From contig JABDLD010000033.1 of assembly GCA_013001885.1 (NCBI GenBank), positions 709 to 64,708 of the forward strand: DNA of 64,000 nucleotides, written 5' to 3'. Position 1 is the stretch's first letter, and each line of letters opens with the position of its first letter. The notes under the pieces are model-generated. The model was not told where the DNA came from. It did not search any database and worked only from the letters and a program-made list of their open reading frames with translations. Made by a program: the position numbers and the translations under genes. Origin of the DNA: Lysobacterales bacterium. Its GTDB lineage: Bacteria > Pseudomonadota > Gammaproteobacteria > Xanthomonadales > SZUA-36. Below, one piece after another: positions 58,581 to 64,000 of this stretch.

Positions 58581-60242
58581 CGGCCGATATTTGACTCGAT
58601 GCGGTGTATCCGCGTCCGCTCCGATGCGCCTTTTCAGGTCCGCCTCGTACTCTGAATAATTTCCCTCGAACCACTCGACCTGGCTGTCGCCTTCAAAAGC
58701 CAGCATGTGGGTTGCGATGCGATCAAGAAACCAACGGTCATGGGAGATCACGACCGCGCAGCCTGGAAATTCGAGTAAAGCCTCTTCCAGAGCACGCAAG
58801 GTCTCAACATCGAGGTCGTTGGTCGGCTCGTCGAGCAACAGCACATTGCCGCCCGACTTCAGAAGCTTGGCCAGGTGAACCCGGTTGCGTTCACCGCCTG
58901 ACAGGTCCATGACCCGTTTCTGCTGGTCGGAACCACGGAAATTAAAACGCCCCACATAGGCGCGGGACTGGGTTTTGTAGTTACCAACCTGGATCAGTTC
59001 CTCGCCGTCGGCAATTTCCTCCCATACGCTGCGTTCGCCGTCGAGGCTGTCGCGGCTCTGGTCGACATAGGCGAGATCAACCGTTGGGCCAATGATGATC
59101 TGGCCCGAGTCCGGCTGTTCTTCACCGGTGAGCATGCGGAATAGAGTCGATTTGCCGGCGCCGTTTCCGCCAATAACGCCCACTATGGCGCCTGGGGGGA
59201 TGTTGAAGCTCAAATCATCGATCAGCAGGCGGTCGCCAAACCCTTTGCTGATGTTCTGCGCCTCGATGACCTGGTTGCCCAGGCGCGGGCCCGGCGGTAT
59301 GAAAAGCTCGTGGGTTTCATTGCGTTTTTGATGTTCCTGGGAAGTCAGCTCCTCAAACCGCTGCAGGCGGGCCTTGCTCTTTGCCCGCCGTCCTTTTGGA
59401 TTGGACCGGACCCATTCCAGCTCAGCATGGATGGAGCGCTTGCGCGCCTGCTCGCGGCTGTCTTCCTGTTTCAGGCGCTGTTCCTTCTGCTCCAGCCAGG
59501 ACGAATAATTGCCTTTCCAGGGAATGCCGTAACCGCGGTCCAGTTCCAGGATCCACTGCGCGGCGTTGTCGAGAAAATAGCGGTCGTGCGTGATCGCAAC
59601 GACGGTGCCGGAAAATTCGGTCAGGAAGCGCTCCAGCCATCCGACCGACTCTGCATCGAGATGGTTGGTGGGTTCGTCCAGCAGCAGCATGTCGGGACTG
59701 GCAAGCAGCAGCCTGCACAAAGCAACCCTCCTGCGCTCGCCGCCGGACAGGTGCGAAATTGAAGCATCCCATTCAGGCAGGCGCAACGCGTCGGCCGCTA
59801 CCTCAAGCGTGCGATCCAGCTCCCAGCCATTGGAGACTTCGATGGCCTCCTGCAATTCAGCCTGCTCGGCCAGCAGGGCATTCATCGCATCATCCTCCAT
59901 CGGTTCTGCGAATTTCATGCTGATTTCATCGAAACGTGTCAGCAGGTCACGCACTTCGGCCACGCCCTCCTCGACGATCTCCCTGACCGTCTTGCTGTTG
60001 TCCAGTTCCGGCTCCTGCGGCAGGTACCCGATCCGGATCCCGGGTTGCGGCCTGGCTTCGCCTTCGAATTCGGTATCGACGCCCGCCATGATCCGCAGCA
60101 CGGTCGACTTGCCGGCCCCGTTCAGGCCCAGCAGGCCAATCTTTGCGCCAGGAAAGAAGGACAGTGAAATGTCCTTGATGATGGTCCGGTTGGGGGGCAC
60201 GATTTTGCTTACCCCGATCATTGTGTAGATGAATTGAGACAT
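58569..60242 (-). CDS. ettA: Energy-dependent translational throttle protein EttA (ABC-F)
   Basis: MSQFIYTM start, two NBDs ([18 protein letters not shown]) and an arm/linker region. 557 aa. Confidence 0.9.
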   Translation of the reverse strand: MSQFIYTMIGVSKIVPPNRTIIKDISLSFFPGAKIGLLGLNGAGKSTVLRIMAGVDTEFEGEARPQPGIRIGYLPQEPELDNSKTVREIVEEGVAEVRDLLTRFDEISMKFAEPMEDDAMNALLAEQAELQEAIEVSNGWELDRTLEVAADALRLPEWDASISHLSGGERRRVALCRLLLASPDMLLLDEPTNHLDAESVGWLERFLTEFSGTVVAITHDRYFLDNAAQWILELDRGYGIPWKGNYSSWLEQKEQRLKQEDSREQARKRSIHAELEWVRSNPKGRRAKSKARLQRFEELTSQEHQKRNETHELFIPPGPRLGNQVIEAQNISKGFGDRLLIDDLSFNIPPGAIVGVIGGNGAGKSTLFRMLTGEEQPDSGQIIIGPTVDLAYVDQSRDSLDGERSVWEEIADGEELIQVGNYKTQSRAYVGRFNFRGSDQQKRVMDLSGGERNRVHLAKLLKSGGNVLLLDEPTNDLDVETLRALEEALLEFPGCAVVISHDRWFLDRIATHMLAFEGDSQVEWFEGNYSEYEADLKRRIGADADTPHRVKYRPLSG

Positions 60243-60411
60243 GGATTCGCCCGGCAGGTCGATGAGTGATCTGGAGCCAGATTATGCGTGAAGGCCGTCT
60301 CCGGGTCCAGACGTGGTTATGCACGATTATTGCTTTAAAAATGGTAGAATAATCCGCTGAATTTTTGAAACCTTTCCAATCAGCTTTCCAACACAGGATA
60401 CGGGACCAGGA

Positions 60412-61665
60412 ATGTTTGACCAGAGCTTCCGCGTACGCGGATTTGATGATGAACTGGCCGATGCCATCGCGGCAGAACGGGTCAGGCAGGAAGAGCACGT
60501 GGAGCTTATCGCTTCAGAAAACTACGCCAGCCCCAGAGTTCTCGAAGTGCAGGGTTCTGTGCTGACCAACAAATATGCAGAAGGTTACCCCGGGAAGCGG
60601 TACTACGGCGGTTGCGAATACGTCGATATTGCCGAACGCCTGGCCGTCGACCGAGCCATGGAGTTGTTCGGCGCCAATTACGCCAACGTGCAGCCCCACT
60701 CGGGCTCACAGGCCAACGCTGCGGTCTACCACGCCCTGTTGGACCCGGGCGATACCATCCTGGGTATGAGCCTGAACGAAGGCGGACACCTGACTCACGG
60801 CAGTCCGGTGAACTTTTCTGGAAAGCTTTTCAACGCAGTTCAGTACGGAATCAATACAGATACCGGCATGATCGACTACGATCTGATCGACTCATTGGCA
60901 CAGGAACATAACCCCAAGATGTTGATCGGCGGCTTTTCAGCCTATTCGCGGCGTGTCGACTGGGCGCGTATGCGGGAGATTGCCGACCGGGTCGGTGCAT
61001 GGTTCCTGGTGGACATGGCTCACGTGGCCGGCCTGATCGCTGCCGGCGTGTATCCCAACCCGCTGCCACACGCACACGTGGTGACATCGACAACGCACAA
61101 GACTCTGCGTGGCCCCCGGGGCGGCATCATTTTGTCGAACGCGGACGACAAAATGAAAAAAGCCCTCAATTCGGTTGTATTTCCAGGAACCCAGGGCGGC
61201 CCCCAGATGCATACGATCGCGGCGAAAGCGGTTGCGTTCAAAGAAGCTCTCGATCCCGATTTCAAGGTCTATCAGCGGGACGTGATCGACAACGCCCGGG
61301 CCATGGCTGCCGTCTTGATGACGCGGGGATACCGGATAGTCTCCGGCGGTACCGACAATCACCTGTTCCTGGTCGACCTGATCGGAAAGGAATTTACCGG
61401 TAAGGACGCAGAGGAATCTCTCGGTCGTGCCTTCATCACGGTCAACAAGAATACCGTGCCGGGCGAGCCGCGTTCGCCGTTCGTAACGAGCGGGTTGCGT
61501 ATCGGAACCCCGGCAATCACTACGCGTGGTTTCAACGTAGCGGACTGCGAGCAATTGGCGTCGATCATCTGCGACGTTCTGGATAACGTCGGTGACGCCG
61601 AAGTTGAGCAAAGGGCGAAAGACGGCGCCCTGGCACTGTGCAGCCAGCACCCGGTTTACTCCTGA
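60412..61665 (+). CDS. glyA: Serine hydroxymethyltransferase
   Basis: [22 protein letters not shown] and [12 protein letters not shown] (PLP lysine) motifs. Confidence 0.95.
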   Translation: MFDQSFRVRGFDDELADAIAAERVRQEEHVELIASENYASPRVLEVQGSVLTNKYAEGYPGKRYYGGCEYVDIAERLAVDRAMELFGANYANVQPHSGSQANAAVYHALLDPGDTILGMSLNEGGHLTHGSPVNFSGKLFNAVQYGINTDTGMIDYDLIDSLAQEHNPKMLIGGFSAYSRRVDWARMREIADRVGAWFLVDMAHVAGLIAAGVYPNPLPHAHVVTSTTHKTLRGPRGGIILSNADDKMKKALNSVVFPGTQGGPQMHTIAAKAVAFKEALDPDFKVYQRDVIDNARAMAAVLMTRGYRIVSGGTDNHLFLVDLIGKEFTGKDAEESLGRAFITVNKNTVPGEPRSPFVTSGLRIGTPAITTRGFNVADCEQLASIICDVLDNVGDAEVEQRAKDGALALCSQHPVYS

Positions 61666-62193
61666 ATGTGGTGCCCGTTCTGCAGGCATGAGGACACCCG
61701 GGTGGTTGATTCGCGCCTGACACGTGACGGCATGCAGATACGCCGGCGCCGGCAGTGTGAAAGCTGTGGGTCGCGGTTCAACACCTATGAAGGCCCGGAG
61801 CTGAAAGCACCGCGAATCATCAAGGCCGGAGGCGCCAGGGAAGCTTTTTCAGAGAAAAAGCTACGCGCCGGCATGTTGCGCGCGCTGGAAAAGCGGCCGG
61901 TGGAAACCCGTGAGGTTGAGCGAGCCATACGTTCCCTGTTGCGGGAAATATCCAGTGTCGAGGATTCTGAAATTCCAAGCTCACTGCTCGGCGAGTGGGT
62001 CATGCGCGAACTGAGCAAGCTGGATCAGGTTGCCTACGTTCGTTTTGCCTCGGTTTACAAACGCTTCGAGGATGTGCAGGCCTTCCGGGACGTGATCGAG
62101 AACCTGGAGCGGGACTCTCCGGCAGATGGCGACCGGCGACAGATTTCGCTGCTGGATGCCGGCGGAAAGCCCGGTAAACGGCCCAGGAAGTGA
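61666..62193 (+). CDS. nrdR: Transcriptional repressor NrdR
   Basis: MWCPFCRHEDTRVVDSR zinc ribbon plus an ATP-cone. Confidence 0.9.
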   Translation: MWCPFCRHEDTRVVDSRLTRDGMQIRRRRQCESCGSRFNTYEGPELKAPRIIKAGGAREAFSEKKLRAGMLRALEKRPVETREVERAIRSLLREISSVEDSEIPSSLLGEWVMRELSKLDQVAYVRFASVYKRFEDVQAFRDVIENLERDSPADGDRRQISLLDAGGKPGKRPRK

Positions 62194-63287
62194 GGTTTAC
62201 ACGGTTCGACCACGAGTGCATGGCGGCCGCTCTGCGGCTGGCGCGGAAAGGGCTGTATACAACGGACCCCAATCCGAGAGTCGGATGTGTCCTGGCCCAT
62301 GACGAGCGCGTCATTGGCAACGGCTGGCACCGGCGTGCGGGTGGTGCGCACGCGGAAATAGCCGCAATGCGGGACGCGGACAGCTCCGTTGCCGGATCTA
62401 CCGTCTATGTAACGCTGGAGCCCTGCAGCATCCACGGCCGGACTCCGCCCTGCGCGAAGGCACTGATCGAGGCCCGGGTAGCTCGAGTCATAGTAGCGGC
62501 CCAGGACCCAAATCCGGCCGTAAACGGCGGCGGGATGAAATACCTGCGGGACGCCGGCGTGACGGTTGAATCCGGGTTGATGGCGGAGGAGGCGGAGACC
62601 CTGAACGTGGGGTTCAGCTCCCGAATGAAGAGCGGGCGGCCCTGGATCAGGGTCAAAACCGCGATCAGCCTGGACGGCCGGACGGCCCTGCGCACTGGCG
62701 AAAGCCAGTGGATCAGCGGCGAGGCTTCGCGCGCAGATGTCCAGCGCTGGCGGGCCCGCTCATCGGCCATCCTGACCGGCATAGGGACAGTCCTGGCAGA
62801 TAATCCGTCGATGAACGCCCGTGTGGACCAGCCTGTTGTTCAGCCATTGCGGGTGGTCGTTGACCGTCAGTGGCGAACGCCTCCGGACAGCCGGATCGTG
62901 GCGGGTCAGGGCGATGTGCTGATCGCCGGAGACCGCTCCATTTCGGTACCGGCCGCTCTGACCTCATCAAAAGCAGAGTGCCTTGGTCTTCCGGCGAAAG
63001 ACGGCCGGGTCAATTTACGGGCTTTGTTCAACGCATTGGCTGAACGCGAAGTGAACGAAGTCCAGGTCGAGGCGGGCTCCCGTCTGTGCGGGTCACTGTA
63101 CAATGAGCGCCTGGTCGATGAAATTTTGATTTACCAGGCGCCCGTGCTGCTGGGTGATGGCGGACCAGGTCCTTTTGCGCTCGGCCCGCTTGAATCCATG
63201 GCCGATAGAGCGCACTTTAAAGTATTGGAGGTATCTCATCTCGGAAACGACTTGAGATACCGGTTACAGCCCGAATTCAGGTCTTAA
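62190..63287 (+). CDS. ribD: Bifunctional riboflavin biosynthesis protein RibD (deaminase/reductase)
   Basis: GTG start overlaps the nrdR stop. Deaminase zinc motifs HAEIAA and TLEPCSIHGRTPPC, with a C-terminal reductase domain. Confidence 0.9.
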   Translation: MRFTRFDHECMAAALRLARKGLYTTDPNPRVGCVLAHDERVIGNGWHRRAGGAHAEIAAMRDADSSVAGSTVYVTLEPCSIHGRTPPCAKALIEARVARVIVAAQDPNPAVNGGGMKYLRDAGVTVESGLMAEEAETLNVGFSSRMKSGRPWIRVKTAISLDGRTALRTGESQWISGEASRADVQRWRARSSAILTGIGTVLADNPSMNARVDQPVVQPLRVVVDRQWRTPPDSRIVAGQGDVLIAGDRSISVPAALTSSKAECLGLPAKDGRVNLRALFNALAEREVNEVQVEAGSRLCGSLYNERLVDEILIYQAPVLLGDGGPGPFALGPLESMADRAHFKVLEVSHLGNDLRYRLQPEFRS

Positions 63288-63290
63288 AAA

Positions 63291-63911
63291 ATGTTTACCG
63301 GTATCGTTGAAACTACAGGAAAGCTCGAACAGAAAGTCTCCATGGGCGGCGACTGCCGTTTACACATCAGTTGCAGTGATTTGAACCTCGAGACGTTGCG
63401 GGCCGGTGACAGCATTTCTGTTTCCGGCGCTTGCCTCACGATGCTCGAACCGGATGCGTCCGGTTTTTTTGCAGACGTCTCCACCGAAACGCTTGCGCTG
63501 ACCACGCTGGGACAGCTCAGGGAGGGGCAGCGACTGAATCTTGAACTGGCGCTGGGCGTGAAGGCCCGGTTGGGCGGCCACATGGTCACCGGCCACGTCG
63601 ACGGCAAGGCCCGGCTGATCTCCCGCAATGAAGACGCCCGTGCAGAGCGCTTTGAATTTGAAGTTCCTGCCAGCCTCGCGCGTTATGTGGCGAAGAAAGG
63701 TTCTGTTTGCCTCGATGGAGTCAGCTTGACAGTCAATGAAGTGGATGGCCGGACATTCACTGTATGCCTGATTCCCCATACGCTTGAAATCACCACGTTG
63801 GGAAACCTCGCCCCGGGGGATGAGGTCAATCTCGAAGTCGACCTGATCGCCCGATATCTCGAGCGGCTGCTGGATCCGGACCTCGAGGAGCGGCAACAGC
63901 CCGAGGAATAA
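63291..63911 (+). CDS. ribE: Riboflavin synthase
   Basis: MFTGIVE start and the duplicated lumazine-binding repeat (GDSISVSGACLT / GSVCLDGVSLTV). Confidence 0.9.
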   Translation: MFTGIVETTGKLEQKVSMGGDCRLHISCSDLNLETLRAGDSISVSGACLTMLEPDASGFFADVSTETLALTTLGQLREGQRLNLELALGVKARLGGHMVTGHVDGKARLISRNEDARAERFEFEVPASLARYVAKKGSVCLDGVSLTVNEVDGRTFTVCLIPHTLEITTLGNLAPGDEVNLEVDLIARYLERLLDPDLEERQQPEE

Positions 63912-63913
63912 GC

Positions 63914-64000
63914 CATGCCAGGTAAATCGAAAGTCAATACGATCCCGGAACTGCTGGAGGATCTGCGCGCCGGGCGCATGATCGTCATGATGGACGACGA
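63914..64000 (+). CDS. ribB: 3,4-dihydroxy-2-butanone-4-phosphate synthase (RibB/RibBA), 5' fragment running off the window
   Basis: ATG at 63914. IPELLEDLRAGRMIVMMDD matches the RibB N-terminal pattern. Only 29 codons are visible. Confidence 0.6.

Noticed and set aside
60243-60411. Possible riboswitch or leader upstream of glyA, and an FMN riboswitch for the rib genes.
   Set aside because: The 169-bp glyA upstream region shows no extended conserved-looking helices that I can recognise. ribD overlaps nrdR and ribE follows after 3 nt, leaving no room for an FMN element inside this window.

Overview
GC-rich gammaproteobacterial chromosomal window, almost fully coding (about 70 genes). All calls rest on motif and synteny recognition by eye; no database search or computation was possible. 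I found no rRNA, tRNA, CRISPR array, IS element or prophage signal. Most of the window is conserved housekeeping synteny: trxC; rpiA; ygfA-ssrS(6S RNA)-zapA divergent from ygfB-pepP-ubiH-ubiI; cysK; oxyR; trpS; proS; pssA; holD-rimI; valS-holC-pepA divergent from lptF-lptG; xerD-dsbC; purL; ettA; glyA-nrdR-ribD-ribE-ribB. Three parts look accessory. (1) 1640-2957 holds a two-gene cassette: a sortase-family transpeptidase and a single small secreted substrate ending in LPTTAT, a TM helix and a basic tail. This is unusual for a diderm. (2) 27329-32346 holds a six-gene TonB2-type energiser cluster (DUF3450, large MotA/ExbB-like protein, ExbB, ExbD, TonB, TPR protein). (3) 38114-58580 is a roughly 20 kb co-directional block. 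It contains an unknown polytopic membrane protein and an Xps-type type II secretion system (gspEFGHIJKLM, a GspC/XpsN-like gene, and a lipobox-bearing secretin). These are followed by a small lipoprotein and a self-contained, apparently highly expressed gene for a 548-aa acidic secreted protein with 10 Cys and no recognisable family. Next come a periplasmic parvulin PPIase and a Wzm/Wzt ABC-transporter glycan cluster with two GT2 enzymes, a coiled-coil methyltransferase and an SDR. My main hypothesis, which is inference only, is that block (3) is an integrated surface-protein (S-layer-like) secretion and glycan-anchoring locus. It would be architecturally analogous to the Aeromonas vapA/sps/O-antigen region but built around an uncharacterised protein.
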